DNA from: Thainema sp. | GTDB taxonomy: Bacteria; Cyanobacteriota; Cyanobacteriia; Phormidesmidales; Phormidesmidaceae | Length of the DNA: 64,000 nt | Assembly: GCA_052168235.1 (NCBI GenBank) | Contig: JBQLZK010000012.1 | Span: forward strand, 1-64,000 | Reading direction: 5' to 3' | Shown here: piece after piece, positions 24,960 through 36,151 of the stretch | Layout of the letters: each line of letters starts with the position of its first letter | Position numbering within the stretch: the stretch's first letter is position 1 | The notes under the pieces: generated by a model | What the model was told of the DNA's origin: nothing | The model's input: the letters and a program-made list of their open reading frames with translations, nothing else | Databases searched by the model: none | Translations under genes and position numbers: made by a program

Positions 24960-24992
24960 AAAAGGGGCTGTCAAAAGTTGGCAGTCCCTTTT
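24960..24992 (+). terminator. Intrinsic terminator after groEL
   Basis: AAAAGGGGCTGTCAA-AAG-TTGGCAGTCCCTTTT hairpin with G-U pairs. Confidence 0.7.
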
Positions 24993-25070
24993 CGGTTGAT
25001 AGTTGGTGGTTGATGAGGGGGCGATCGCACCCCTGCACCCCCATCAACCACCAACCATTAACTAAACTCC

Positions 25071-25547
25071 CTATATCGGCGACTTGTTGAGGCTGAGCCA
25101 GGCTTTGTAGTCCAGTAAAATTTGAGCGATTTCCTGGGTCGGGATGTCGTAGCGATCTCGGATTTCGTAAATTGTGCGGGTAAAGTTGGAATCTCCTTGG
25201 AAGCCGCTGTGTTCTTGGAGATAGTCGTACAGCACGTTTTCAATAGCGGCTCGATCTAGATCATATTTAAGGGCCAGCAGAACGATTCGTTCTCGGACGG
25301 GTGCTGGATTAGCTCGTCTAGACAGATAGGCGATATCGGCAATTTTGGCTTGCTCTTCGCTTGATATTTCTAGATCAACTGGTTTTTCTGCATCTCTTGC
25401 AGTAGAGTCGGGCTGAGCGTCAGTAACCTCCGCTGTTTCGGTCGATCCCGTGGCATCCGAGTCGGCTGAGCGAGGCCCCAAGCAAGCTGAAAGCGCGATC
25501 GCACAGATGCAGATCAGTACAATCAAAACGCGGTGGATTCGTCGCAT
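25071..25547 (-). CDS. Hypothetical lipoprotein
   Basis: MRRIHR + hydrophobic stretch + LSAC lipobox. Confidence 0.6.
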   Translation of the reverse strand: MRRIHRVLIVLICICAIALSACLGPRSADSDATGSTETAEVTDAQPDSTARDAEKPVDLEISSEEQAKIADIAYLSRRANPAPVRERIVLLALKYDLDRAAIENVLYDYLQEHSGFQGDSNFTRTIYEIRDRYDIPTQEIAQILLDYKAWLSLNKSPI

Positions 25548-25642
25548 CTTCAACACCGTAGTGCTAGCTATGCTTCTATGCTAGCGATGCAGTACGCTCG
25601 GGACATCACCAGTTCGTTAGAACTTACGGAACTTTATTCCTT

Positions 25643-25730
25643 ATACCGAATCCAAATAGAAAGAACCCAAGTTATTTTTTGTGAACGTCAGGCTCTGCCT
25701 GACGTTCACAAAAAATAAAAACCAGTTTTT
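25643..25730. repeat. MITE-like shell containing a perfect 22-bp hairpin (TCT loop)
   Basis: TTATTTTTTGTGAACGTCAGGC TCT GCCTGACGTTCACAAAAAATAA (25672-25718); left flank similar to 44942-44981. Confidence 0.8.
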
Positions 25731-25750
25731 ATGAGAGAGAGCCTAATCGG

Positions 25751-26527
25751 CTATCGAATCTGTTCAATCAGCGCCAGCGTTTGCTGGTGGCCTGCACGAT
25801 TGCCTTGGGATTGGAATAAATCTGCGGCGAAGCGTAAGTCGGAGATGGCGCGACGACGGTTGCCCATTGCGTAGTGAGAGAGTCCACGCTGCCCATAGAT
25901 CTCGGCGGCATTGGGCTGAATTTCTAGCGCATTGGTGAAATCTGCGATCGCAGCCGGATAGTTTGCCAGGTTGTAATAAGCCATGCCCCGGTTGTAGAGT
26001 GCTTCACTATAGTTGGGTTTCAGCGAAAGCGCCTGTGTAAAGTCAGTTACTGCGGCTTGTAATTCACCCTGCTGCGCACGAATAATGCCGCGATGGTTCA
26101 TTGCTTCATAATTACTGGGATCAAGCTGGAGTACCTGTTCCACATCAGCTAAGGCCGCTGCGTAGTTTTCAACCTGTACGTAGGCTAATGCCCGATTGCT
26201 ATAGGCTTCCAGTGCATCAGGTCGCCGCTGAATAACAGTTGTAAAATCTGCGATCGCGCCAGCAAAGTCGCCCTGGCTGACTCGCTGCAGACCCCGATTA
26301 AAATGCTCATCCACCGTCATCCGACCGTTAGATGCGGTGTATATCATAGGATTCCGACGATCCGCTGGTGTGGCAGCCTGCACTGCTAAGGGCAACCCCC
26401 ACAGTGAAGCAATCACGGTTGCTGTCAGCAAAATTCGATAAAAATGGCGGGATTTCGCTATCGGTTTGGCAACCGGAAGGCGGGGTGAAGGATACACAAA
26501 AACAGATGGATGCGTCAGCAATTTCAT
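25751..26527 (-). CDS. TPR-repeat protein, probably exported
   Basis: About 4-5 TPRs (AYSNRALAY, AMNHRGII, ALYNRGMAY, IYGQRGL); signal-like segment ending VQA; start uncertain. Confidence 0.85.
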   Translation of the reverse strand: MKLLTHPSVFVYPSPRLPVAKPIAKSRHFYRILLTATVIASLWGLPLAVQAATPADRRNPMIYTASNGRMTVDEHFNRGLQRVSQGDFAGAIADFTTVIQRRPDALEAYSNRALAYVQVENYAAALADVEQVLQLDPSNYEAMNHRGIIRAQQGELQAAVTDFTQALSLKPNYSEALYNRGMAYYNLANYPAAIADFTNALEIQPNAAEIYGQRGLSHYAMGNRRRAISDLRFAADLFQSQGNRAGHQQTLALIEQIR

Positions 26528-26956
26528 AAGGCAAGATGAGAAAACCAATCGGCACCGAGGGTACTCGCTAATCATGGTACAAAGTTTGACCTGAGAATCG
26601 CCACACTTGTTCCAGATACCGAAACGTCATAGCAAGTAAACTGCCAATTCTCCGTAAAATTTGGGAATTTTTTAGACAATTCGCAATCAGACTCATTGGG
26701 ACGGGAACGATGAATATAGCAAACTTGAGCTACCGATTCATCCTAGTCCATCAAGTCGATATCGGTTTACTCACGGCTTGCACCTTGCCCATCCAGATCC
26801 CAAGCAACGGATACTCGTGCAAGCTGTGAGCCTAGGTATTTCTTCACAGACACTTCATGGTCTAAGGGTGTTCAATTGGGAGCTGATCCTTCATAACAGA
26901 GTTAGAGCAAGCTGATGCAATCGCTCTACTCGCTCTATCCCCTTCGTGCTTGAACT

Positions 26957-28171
26957 ATGAGTCATCCCGCGACGAATAACCCGATGAGCCAACCTGCGAC
27001 TGCACCTATTCCGTTTGTTGATTTGTCCTGTATGCATCAGCCCATTGCTGATCAGATTCAGCAGTCCATCCAGACCGTGATTGAACAAGGCGATTTTGTC
27101 CTGGGCAAGGCTCTAGCCAAGCTGGAAACGGACTTTGCCAGCCTCAGTGATACCCAATATGGAGTCGGTGTCGCATCCGGTACAGATGCGATCGCACTTG
27201 GGCTATCGGCCTGCGGGATTGGGCCAGGCGACGAGGTAATCTTGCCTGCCAATACGTTTATTGCCACGTTAATCGGCATTCTCCGCGCTGGGGCAACGCC
27301 CGTGATGGTGGATTGCGATCCGGCAACTGCGCTGATTGATCTAGCCGCTGCCGAAAAAGCAATTACTAGCCGGACGCGAGCCATCATTCCGGTGCATCTC
27401 TATGGCCAAATGGTGTCGCCCCGCCACTTATTGGATTTAGCCAGCACCTATGACCTAATTGTGTTTGAAGATGCCGCCCAGGCTCATCTGGCCGAGCGGG
27501 AAGGCTATCGAGCGGGTTCGGTCGGTGTTGCTGCTGCATTTAGTTTTTATCCCAGCAAAAACCTGGGTGCATTCGGTGATGGCGGCATGATGCTGACCCG
27601 TGATGCGGATGTGGCTCGCCTGGTGCGATCGCTACGGAACTATGGAGCTACTCGCAAATACGTCCACACCGAAGGCAACGGTACGAATAGTCGCTTGGAT
27701 TCGATTCAGGCCGCAGTTCTCAACGTTAAGCTGCCTCATCTAGCCACCTGGAATGCTGATCGCAACCGGGTTGCCCGTCGCTACGACGAACAGCTCGCGC
27801 CCTTGCGATCGCAGGGTTTGCTCCCGATTGAAAATCACAGTGAGGCGGGGCATGTCTATCATTTATATGTGGTGCGCGTAACGGCGGACTGCCCCATCGA
27901 TCGTAACCAGCTCCAGGCTCAACTGGCCGAACAGCAAATCAGCGCAGGCATTCATTATCCAATTCCCTGTCATCTGCAACCAGGTTTTCAAGAGTTAGGC
28001 TATGAAGCTGGGCAGTTTCCCCAGGCGGAAGCGCTCAGTCGAGAAATTTTATCATTGCCAATGTATCCAGGATTGACGGATGCTCAGGTCGATCGGGTTG
28101 TGGATACGATTAAGACAATTGTCGCGACTGCCGCAGAAACTCAAACACCTTGGTCATCAATGGCCGGATAA
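26957..28171 (+). CDS. DegT/DnrJ/EryC1/StrS PLP sugar aminotransferase
   Basis: IPFVDL, ASGTDA, PVHLYGQ, EDAAQAH, FSFYPSKNLGAFGDGG, LSLPMYP. Confidence 0.93.
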   Translation: MSHPATNNPMSQPATAPIPFVDLSCMHQPIADQIQQSIQTVIEQGDFVLGKALAKLETDFASLSDTQYGVGVASGTDAIALGLSACGIGPGDEVILPANTFIATLIGILRAGATPVMVDCDPATALIDLAAAEKAITSRTRAIIPVHLYGQMVSPRHLLDLASTYDLIVFEDAAQAHLAEREGYRAGSVGVAAAFSFYPSKNLGAFGDGGMMLTRDADVARLVRSLRNYGATRKYVHTEGNGTNSRLDSIQAAVLNVKLPHLATWNADRNRVARRYDEQLAPLRSQGLLPIENHSEAGHVYHLYVVRVTADCPIDRNQLQAQLAEQQISAGIHYPIPCHLQPGFQELGYEAGQFPQAEALSREILSLPMYPGLTDAQVDRVVDTIKTIVATAAETQTPWSSMAG

Positions 28172-28176
28172 AAACA

Positions 28177-29088
28177 ATGATGCATCTGAAACGGAAAGTC
28201 CCCATCGCCATCGAGCGCTACGCCTTGGATATTGCGATCGCAGCTCTGCTGGTGATCCTCTATGCACCGCTATTGGTTCACTGGGTACATGGCTGGCTGG
28301 TTAAAAACTCGATCAGTATCCAGCATGAGTACTTCAGTCATGGGTTAATTGGCCTGCCCTTTGCCGCCTATATTGCCTGGAATTTGCGATCGCGCTGGCG
28401 CAAGCTGTCGGATGCCACCCATCCTCTGGGCATTGCCTGCCTCGTTTTAGGTGGCATCTTTTACCTCAGCCGCCTGCCGGATTTGATTAACTTTTCGTTT
28501 CCGCTCGTGCTGGCGGGACTGTGCCTGTCACTGAAGGGCTGGGCCGGATTTCGCTTACAAGGTTTTCCGCTCTTACTGGTTTTCCTAGCGACGCCTAACC
28601 AGTTGCCTTATTTAATTGAGCCGTACATCTTACCGCTGCAGCGCTTCATCGCCGGAACTGCTGGATTTATTCTGCAGCAGGCAGGCATTCAAGTTCATAT
28701 TGAGCAGATTTATTTATACGTCAATAACAACTTCAACAGTCCTGTCGAAGTAGCTCCCCACTGTGCTGGGCTAAAGATGCTGTTTACCAGCCTGTACGTG
28801 GGCTTAATGCTGCTGTATTGGACGGGTACGCTATCCTCGCGGCTCAAGAGCGGGCTATTTCTGGGCGGAGTTGTCGTCGTCAGTGTATTGGCCAATATTG
28901 TGCGAAATGCGGCGCTGACCTATTTTCACGGTACGGGACGTGAAGGTGCGTTTCACTGGCTGCACGAAAGCTGGGGCGGCGATGTCTATTCGGCTCTATC
29001 CCTCCTTCTCCTAATCGTGCTGTTGCAGTGGATTGATCGACTGATTCCAGACAACACACCTACCGAATCGACTCAAACGTCTCTGTAA
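28177..29088 (+). CDS. Cyanoexosortase B (exosortase family)
   Basis: Multi-TM protein with HEYFSHG, VEVAPHCAGLKM (Cys), ANIVRN (Arg), WLHESWGG (His). Confidence 0.88.
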   Translation: MMHLKRKVPIAIERYALDIAIAALLVILYAPLLVHWVHGWLVKNSISIQHEYFSHGLIGLPFAAYIAWNLRSRWRKLSDATHPLGIACLVLGGIFYLSRLPDLINFSFPLVLAGLCLSLKGWAGFRLQGFPLLLVFLATPNQLPYLIEPYILPLQRFIAGTAGFILQQAGIQVHIEQIYLYVNNNFNSPVEVAPHCAGLKMLFTSLYVGLMLLYWTGTLSSRLKSGLFLGGVVVVSVLANIVRNAALTYFHGTGREGAFHWLHESWGGDVYSALSLLLLIVLLQWIDRLIPDNTPTESTQTSL

Positions 29089-29220
29089 GGGGGAAGGGCC
29101 ATATAGCCCTTCGGGAATGGCTACGCTACCGCCCTTACAGCACTTCGATAGATATCACGATTTCTGCACAATCACTCTGAACAGTAACATAACCCTTTAA
29201 TCGGGCCATAAGAACAGGCA

Positions 29221-29991
29221 ATGACTCAACTTCCGGCCAAGCCCCAGCGCGCCATTCAACAGTTTCCCATCCGCCGCCTTGCCATCGTGGTGGCGTTTAT
29301 CCTAATTGCGTTAGTTAGTGCCATTCCGCACTATTTCAACGGTCAGTGGGCCTGGTCCAAAGATCCGAAGGTGCCTCAAATTGAACAGTTGCGATCGCTG
29401 CGGGACAACGGCCTAGATCTGCCCAATTGGAATGAGGTTGAGCAAGCTGTGCTGCCTGTGGGCAATCACAAATGGTCATTTCAAAATATGGAGGCCGATT
29501 CACCAACGGCCACCCCATCTCAATTTTTGCTGTTCATTCTGCCGCAAGACTGGCACGATAAGCAGCCGCAGGTGGAATGGATTGACCTGAACGGATTTTT
29601 GGGGCGAGCCTTAAATCGACAAACACAAGCGCCAGATTGGAAAACCGATTCGGTGCGGCGACTCCAGTTTTTGGTCGATGATCCCACCCGCGATCGCACT
29701 GTCACCGTTAATGCACGTTACCTGCGAGGTTGGAACCAACAGGCCACTTACGCGCTTTTGCAGTGGTACGCTTGGCCGGATGGCGGCAGTGCTTCAGCCA
29801 AGCCCTGGTTCTGGGCCGATCAGCGCAGCCAACTTCGTCAGGGGGAGCGTACACCTTGGGTGGCTGTAAGCATAATCCTGCCAATTAAGCCATTTGGTAA
29901 TTTGGACGACTACCGCACCCAGATGAGTGAGCTGGGTCAAGCTATTCAGGCTCAATTATTGGAACAATCCTTGAATCCATCCGCGTCTTGA
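29221..29991 (+). CDS. Cyanoexosortase B system-associated protein
   Basis: N-terminal TM, HKWSFQ, QPQVEWID, LQWYAWPDGG, RTPWVAV; directly after the exosortase. Confidence 0.8.
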   Translation: MTQLPAKPQRAIQQFPIRRLAIVVAFILIALVSAIPHYFNGQWAWSKDPKVPQIEQLRSLRDNGLDLPNWNEVEQAVLPVGNHKWSFQNMEADSPTATPSQFLLFILPQDWHDKQPQVEWIDLNGFLGRALNRQTQAPDWKTDSVRRLQFLVDDPTRDRTVTVNARYLRGWNQQATYALLQWYAWPDGGSASAKPWFWADQRSQLRQGERTPWVAVSIILPIKPFGNLDDYRTQMSELGQAIQAQLLEQSLNPSAS

Positions 29992-30030
29992 TAGACAATA
30001 CAGCGAATCACTGCCGCCTCTTTGCCCCAT

Positions 30031-31467
30031 ATGAGAAGACATACGTGCTGGCTGAAATGTGCAACTTCAGTTTTAATCAACGCAACGCTGATTTGGCTGG
30101 GGTTTGCGCCAATTGTTCTGGCTGCCGGATTGCAGAACTCACAGACTGAAGCTGCGATCGCACCTAACAACATTTTTCCCTCCTCACCTTCATCAGATGG
30201 ATTAGACGAGAGGTTAGACGAAAATTCAAACCAGATTGCAGACGAAAGTTCATCAGACGATAGCGGGGTGGACAAAAATTCGGGCGAGGATTCTAATGAG
30301 AATTCCAATCAGATTTCTGATGAGATTTCTGACGACAGTTCGCCAGAAGAACTATTTACAGAACCCTCGCTGCGTCCGGCTGATAGCATTCTGCCGGCTG
30401 CGCCCAACATTAACTACTCTGATGATCCGATCAATCTGCCACCCGATCCTCGCTATCAAATTTTTCCGGTGCCAGTCCCAGCAGCTCCTGCTCTCAATCC
30501 TTATGAGTATCAACAACCGGGACAAAATGCCTTTGATGTGTATCGGCTTGGTCCTGGTGACGGCATTTTTGTCAGCGTTCAACGCTTCCCTGAACTCAGC
30601 GGTCAAGTCACTCTCGACTTAGAAGGCCGCGTGATTCTGCCCATTCTCGGTGCAGTTTCGTTGGAAGGACTGACACTGCGAGAAGCCCAGGAGCGTATTC
30701 GCTTGGCCTATAACCGCTATGTGGTCAATCCAGACGTAACGCTGACGTTAGTGGCTCAGCGCCCCGTACAGGTGACAGTCGTAGGAGAAGTGGTGCGCCC
30801 AGGCTTTTATCCGCTACAGGTGCCCCAAATTTCCACAGCATTGCTCTCAGCAGGGGGCACAACAGGTACAGCCGATCTGCGCCAAATTGAAGTCCAGCGC
30901 CGCTTACCCGATGGCTCTCTTCTAGAAGAAACCGTTGATTTGTTTACGCCGCTTCAAGAGGCAGAAGCGCTGCCAGAAGTACGGCTGCAAAATAATGATG
31001 TCATCATTGTCAATCGGCTCAATCCATCCGAGGTGCCGCTCTACGATCGCGCGTTGGTCGCTCGCTCTACGATTGCTCAGCCGCAAATCAACGTGCGGAT
31101 TTTAAGCTATGCCAATCGACGCATTGGCAATTTACCGCTGCCGAACGGAAGCCGCTTTGTCGATGCACTGGCGGCAATTGGTCCTGATCCGGATGTCGCC
31201 GACCTAGGAGACGTCAGCCTGATTCGATTTGACCCAGAACTGGGACGAGCCGTCACGATAGAACTCGACGGTAAGGATGCGCTGCGGGGCGATTTATCTC
31301 AAAATCCTCCTCTGGAAAATAACGACGTAATCGTTGTTGGCCGCAACTTTATTAATCGCATCACCTATGCGCTCAATACCGTCACACAGCCATTCCGCGA
31401 TATTTTAGGATTCCTGTTGTTCTTTGAATCTTTACAAGAGGGAGCATCCGATCTCTTTGGGCCATAA
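30031..31467 (+). CDS. Polysaccharide export protein (Wza/SLBB)
   Basis: YRLGPGDGI, VTVVGEVVRPG, SAGG, repeated SLBB-like segments. Confidence 0.88.
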   Translation: MRRHTCWLKCATSVLINATLIWLGFAPIVLAAGLQNSQTEAAIAPNNIFPSSPSSDGLDERLDENSNQIADESSSDDSGVDKNSGEDSNENSNQISDEISDDSSPEELFTEPSLRPADSILPAAPNINYSDDPINLPPDPRYQIFPVPVPAAPALNPYEYQQPGQNAFDVYRLGPGDGIFVSVQRFPELSGQVTLDLEGRVILPILGAVSLEGLTLREAQERIRLAYNRYVVNPDVTLTLVAQRPVQVTVVGEVVRPGFYPLQVPQISTALLSAGGTTGTADLRQIEVQRRLPDGSLLEETVDLFTPLQEAEALPEVRLQNNDVIIVNRLNPSEVPLYDRALVARSTIAQPQINVRILSYANRRIGNLPLPNGSRFVDALAAIGPDPDVADLGDVSLIRFDPELGRAVTIELDGKDALRGDLSQNPPLENNDVIVVGRNFINRITYALNTVTQPFRDILGFLLFFESLQEGASDLFGP

Positions 31468-31940
31468 CAGCGTAAGTCGGCTCGCATGGCCGCCAAGCAT
31501 TTCCTTAGACTTCTGACGTGAATGGTTGTGTAGCACCGCTGCACAACCATTCACGCTCTCAAGCAAACATGCAGGAGCGTCGTAACGTCACCTAAAAATG
31601 CGGTATCACAAGCCTTTCCTTTTCTAAAGGAAGGCTTCAGATTTGGATTTCCAGATTCCGTTATTATGAATTGCGCCACGAGGTGCAACTTTGACGACAT
31701 GACAAAATTGATTTTAAACAATCCGGATAGAATGAATTTCACCTTATTGACAGTCTTAGCATTACAGCCAACATTGCCAATTACAGATCGAAAACACAGT
31801 TTGTTTGCTAGCTCAAGCGGCTCTCCCTCATGATTAGGGATAAGTAAATAGCTGATGATTCCGATAGAAACCATCAGCCGAAACTGCCTATTAAAATGTC
31901 AACAAATTTCCAATAATTTTGCTTGCACCGAAAGCGCTAT

Positions 31941-32156
31941 TCATTCAGCCGCAGCTGCAGCAACTTTAGCCATGCAATTTCCTTTTACTACAGTTAAAGA
32001 CTTTAACAAGTTACTATGCTGTCGTGCTTGATTCACGCCAATAACCGTATATGTCTGAGATTCTTCAGTTTGGAAAACATCTCCCAATGTCATTTTTTTC
32101 TCGGACTTGAGCGTACCCAAAAAGCGCTGATGAGAATCGACAAGTAAGTATTGCAT
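31941..32156 (-). CDS. Small hypothetical protein (71 aa)
   Basis: MQYLLVDSHQRFLG...; GAGG RBS just upstream of ATG at 32156. Confidence 0.5.
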   Translation of the reverse strand: MQYLLVDSHQRFLGTLKSEKKMTLGDVFQTEESQTYTVIGVNQARQHSNLLKSLTVVKGNCMAKVAAAAAE

Positions 32157-33144
32157 AATGGCCTCAATGTTTACACTGCAAGGAATAGAGCGAACAGAGC
32201 GCAGGCGCAACAAACTAACACAAGCCATTGCAACTATGTGAGATCGCAGGCTGGCGCTCCAAGAAACAACACGGTGATGTTGAGTTAAGCCTCAACAGCC
32301 GTCATCAATTTCAGAGATTTTTTGTGATGCCAGTTATTCAGGTAAGCAACGATAACTATCCAACAATTTTCTACCTTTTACTGAATAACTGACTGCAACA
32401 TTCTTAGACAACCATATTGATTAGTACGCGTGAATTAATCACGACTTATGGTTTTGATGTTGACACCCTTGTTATATCACCATGTTTTTCAAAAGCAACG
32501 ATTTTAACAATCCTTAAAAGAGGACTGCATAACTTCAAGCGAACGTATCTTATTGTTCCAAGAAATTGCCGTTGTGCCGAGCGTAGAGAAGATTGTGAAT
32601 GGAGGTGATTGTTTGGTAATACTGTACCTGCATTCGATATCTGCATCCGACATGTTGGCATTGCGTAGATTAACATCGGTGAGTTGGTATCGGCGAAGCA
32701 TTAGCATGAACTGCATGCAAGGATTAATCTCAATACTCAATCGGCTTACGGGCTTCTCGCATTATGAGTGAGCTTACATCTTGCACAAAAATCCAAAGCG
32801 GCAAGATAGTCGTTCGGTTTCTGATCCGCAAAGCGAAAATCAATGAAGCGGTAGGCCAGCACAGCCTGTTTCATCGCTGATAACTTCCGTTCGGGATTGC
32901 AGTAGCTAAAGAAAACTAGCCAAAATGCTTGTGTCGTTCAGTTAGACAGGTTAAGCTTCTACTGCTTTAGGATGCTGGATAGGATCGGCAACTCTCGTTA
33001 GCATCATCGGCTACGGTTGTTCCAGCGTTTGACAAGGCTTTGTCAAGCCAATCGGTCAACCAGTATTCTACGGATGGATTTGCGATAGTGTCAGCAACAG
33101 TACTTGATTTCTAGATTGTTATTGCACGGATCAGCTGCACCGAT

Positions 33145-35163
33145 ATGTTTTATCGTCTTCACTGGATTGCTCTGAGCTTAGGAGCCGCGATCGCACTTGA
33201 TGGTTCCACTGCGATCGCACTACCTTCATCATCGTTGTCTAAGCAGCTAGAGTCCTCCACTCAGGAATCACAGAGTGAGCCACTTCCAGCACCGGATGCT
33301 ACACTCTTTGCTAAAAAAGGAGCTTTACTTGATTCACAGCGCGAATCACAACGCTCAGATGCGGCATCTGAGGCCAGTAATGCAGATGATTCAGATGAAC
33401 AGGCAATTGCTCAAGCGGATTCAGATACAGACTTAGATTCAACCGAGTCAACCGAGTCGACCGAAGAATCAACTACGGATGAATCGATTGCCGAGGACTC
33501 TGCTGAAGTAGACGAATCGCCCAACGCGTCTACTGATGTTGATACTGAAGGGGCCAACGCAGCAGCGGACGAGTCAATCGACATAGAGGACGCGATTGCT
33601 GAAGGTTCCACTGAAGCGGAAGAATCGACCGAAGTCGATGTCGAGACCACAGATGACGACGATGAGCTACTGATTCCGGAGGTGGATGTCGAAGCAGAAG
33701 ACGATATCGACGTTGAGGACTTGGTGCCCACGGTGGATGAAGATATCGATGATGACTTTGAGCTAGAGCCATTAGTAGATGAAATCAATCCGCCCGATTA
33801 CTTGAACGCCGATCCGAATCCGCTCCTTTATCCAACTCAGCCCGAAGAAGTTGAGATTATTGGAAATCAGCCAATTACCCTCGAAGAAGCCTATGCGATC
33901 GCACTTGGTAACAATCGCGATTTGCAAAGAGTCCAGCTAGAGCTGGAGCAGGCTGAAGCAGCACTGCGAGAGGCAAAAGCGGATACTCTACCCACGGTGC
34001 AAGCAGAAAGCAGCTTCTCAGCCTCAGAAAATACGCAGGAAAGCAACCCGCTTTTTAATACCAGCTCGGACGATATCAATTTGGACTTGTCTGGTACGGT
34101 TGGCTTAAGCTACGACCTCTTTACCTCTGGGAGGCGCTCATCCCAAATTGAAGCCGTAGAAACTCAAGTTCGCATCAGCAAACTCGAAGTTGAACGAATT
34201 GCTGAGGATACGCGCTTCGATGTCGCGGATCGATACTATGACTTGCAGCTAGCCGATGAACAAGTTGGAATCGCGGCGGCGTTTTTAGATGAAGCCCTGC
34301 AAAGTTTGCGAGATGCTCAGATCCGAGAACGGGCTGGTGTCGGCACTCGATTTGACGTGTTGCAGGCAGAAGTACAGGTCGCGAATGCGCGGCAAGAACT
34401 GACTCAGGCCCGCAGCAGTCAAATTATTTCCCGACGTGCATTAGCGGAAATTCTCAGCATTCCTTCTAATCTCTCTCCCCAATCGGTTGCGGTTGAAGTC
34501 GTTGAGGATTGGCCGCTATCGCTCGAAGAAAGTATTGTTTTGGCATTTCAAAATCGAGCTGAACTGCAACAGTTTTTGCTCCAGCGCGAAATCGCGCAAG
34601 AGCAGCGAGATATCGCGCTTTCAGCGTTAGGCCCTCAGGTTAGTCTCTTCGCTAACTACAACATCAACAATCGACTGAATGACGAAAGTAGTGGATTTCG
34701 GGATCAGTACACATTTGGGGCACAGCTGAACTGGCTGCTGTTTGATGGTGGTGCAGCACGGGCGCGAGCCTCACAGGAGGACAGTAACATTGAAATTGCT
34801 GAAACTCAGTTTGCCGATACGTTAGAGCTCATCCGACTACAGGTTGAGCAGTCTTTTTACGATCAGCAGGCGAATCAAGCCAATATTGAAACTGCTGAGA
34901 TTGCCGTGAATCAAGCTCGTGAGGCATTGCGGCTAGCTCGATTGCGTTTTCAGGCAGGTGTGGGTACGCAGTTAGAGGTAATTAATGCCCAGGCGGATCT
35001 GACCCAAGCAGAGGGTAATTTAGTGCAGGCGGTAATTGGCTACAATCGTGCGATCGCAGCTCTGCGCCGTTCAATTAGTAACCTACCTGAAACCCGCCTA
35101 GTTGACTCGCTGGAAATTCCGCCAGCGTCTGAGTTTGTTTTCCCGCTTGAACTGGGCGAATAG
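33145..35163 (+). CDS. tolC: TolC-family outer membrane efflux protein with long acidic N-terminal extension
   Basis: YYDLQLADE, AGVGTRFDVLQAEVQ, ARLRFQAGVGTQLEV repeats; LYPTQPEEV motif of cyanobacterial TolC/HgdD. Confidence 0.9.
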   Translation: MFYRLHWIALSLGAAIALDGSTAIALPSSSLSKQLESSTQESQSEPLPAPDATLFAKKGALLDSQRESQRSDAASEASNADDSDEQAIAQADSDTDLDSTESTESTEESTTDESIAEDSAEVDESPNASTDVDTEGANAAADESIDIEDAIAEGSTEAEESTEVDVETTDDDDELLIPEVDVEAEDDIDVEDLVPTVDEDIDDDFELEPLVDEINPPDYLNADPNPLLYPTQPEEVEIIGNQPITLEEAYAIALGNNRDLQRVQLELEQAEAALREAKADTLPTVQAESSFSASENTQESNPLFNTSSDDINLDLSGTVGLSYDLFTSGRRSSQIEAVETQVRISKLEVERIAEDTRFDVADRYYDLQLADEQVGIAAAFLDEALQSLRDAQIRERAGVGTRFDVLQAEVQVANARQELTQARSSQIISRRALAEILSIPSNLSPQSVAVEVVEDWPLSLEESIVLAFQNRAELQQFLLQREIAQEQRDIALSALGPQVSLFANYNINNRLNDESSGFRDQYTFGAQLNWLLFDGGAARARASQEDSNIEIAETQFADTLELIRLQVEQSFYDQQANQANIETAEIAVNQAREALRLARLRFQAGVGTQLEVINAQADLTQAEGNLVQAVIGYNRAIAALRRSISNLPETRLVDSLEIPPASEFVFPLELGE

Positions 35164-35332
35164 GGCAGTATTTTTACTTAAATCTTTGGTGGGATTTTGT
35201 TCGAATCTCACTGTGTTGAGATGCTTTTTTAACTCTCATTGGTATACCTTGTGTCTCTGACTGGAATTTGTCACCTTAAAATAAAGGCATGTCACATTCA
35301 GAACACTCTTACCGTTTATTCGCCCAAAAACC

Positions 35333-36034
35333 GTGAGTACTCCCAAGCGTCCGACTGATGAGCAGATGAAAGCCGACCGTAAGCAAGATGTCCTGTTGTT
35401 GTTGGAGCACCTTGCTTATAACGAACAAACGACTATTCGCTTAATTCTGGACTGTCTGTACGACATTGGGGCGACCAATCTGATTAACGAAAATATTCGA
35501 GTTCGTCCGCTGAATCGAGCGACGAGGGGAGTAGCACGAATTTCAAAACCCGTTTTTCGAGCCTATGCGCTGCGCTGGTTTCAGAAAAACTGCCCTGAGC
35601 TCATTGCCAATTGGCTGTTCAAGAAGGTGGAATTCACCCAAAAGGTCAAAAAGAAGGCCAAGCCTAAGGTTCAGCCCCTGGAAGTGATTAATCCAGATAA
35701 CTATGAATCAAGCTCCCCGCCGCCGTCGGCTCAAGTCCCTGCCCCAACGACCGCAGCCACTCCAGTCGCCGCAACCGTCGTGTCTCCAGAAGCGAAACTG
35801 CTCGATCAAGAAGTTCGCCAATTGCGAACTCAGGTGAAGCTGTTAACGGGAACGCTGGTATTTGCGATCGCAGCTTTGGGAGCCACCGTAGTCATCATAG
35901 GCGGCAATGCCCGCTTTAGCGGCTATCCCTTCGTGGAAGATCCCCATACGGCTCAGCTAAAAACCGTGGGCAGTCATACATCAGCAGCTTGTCCGACTTC
36001 TGGTGAGGATTCGAAGTTGACGAGTGTGAAATAG
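35333..36034 (+). CDS. Conserved cyanobacterial hypothetical membrane protein
   Basis: ILDCLYDIG, ALRWFQKNCPELIANWL, coiled coil and C-terminal TM. Confidence 0.65.
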   Translation: MSTPKRPTDEQMKADRKQDVLLLLEHLAYNEQTTIRLILDCLYDIGATNLINENIRVRPLNRATRGVARISKPVFRAYALRWFQKNCPELIANWLFKKVEFTQKVKKKAKPKVQPLEVINPDNYESSSPPPSAQVPAPTTAATPVAATVVSPEAKLLDQEVRQLRTQVKLLTGTLVFAIAALGATVVIIGGNARFSGYPFVEDPHTAQLKTVGSHTSAACPTSGEDSKLTSVK

Positions 36035-36151
36035 GGAAGGTAAAGAGTGAGGCGAGAGGAGAGAGGCGTAAGAATCAAGGCAAGTTTTACGGCATTTTGA
36101 GCACCCGATCCTCAGTTCTCAAAATCCAAAATCCAAAGTCCACAGCACTTT

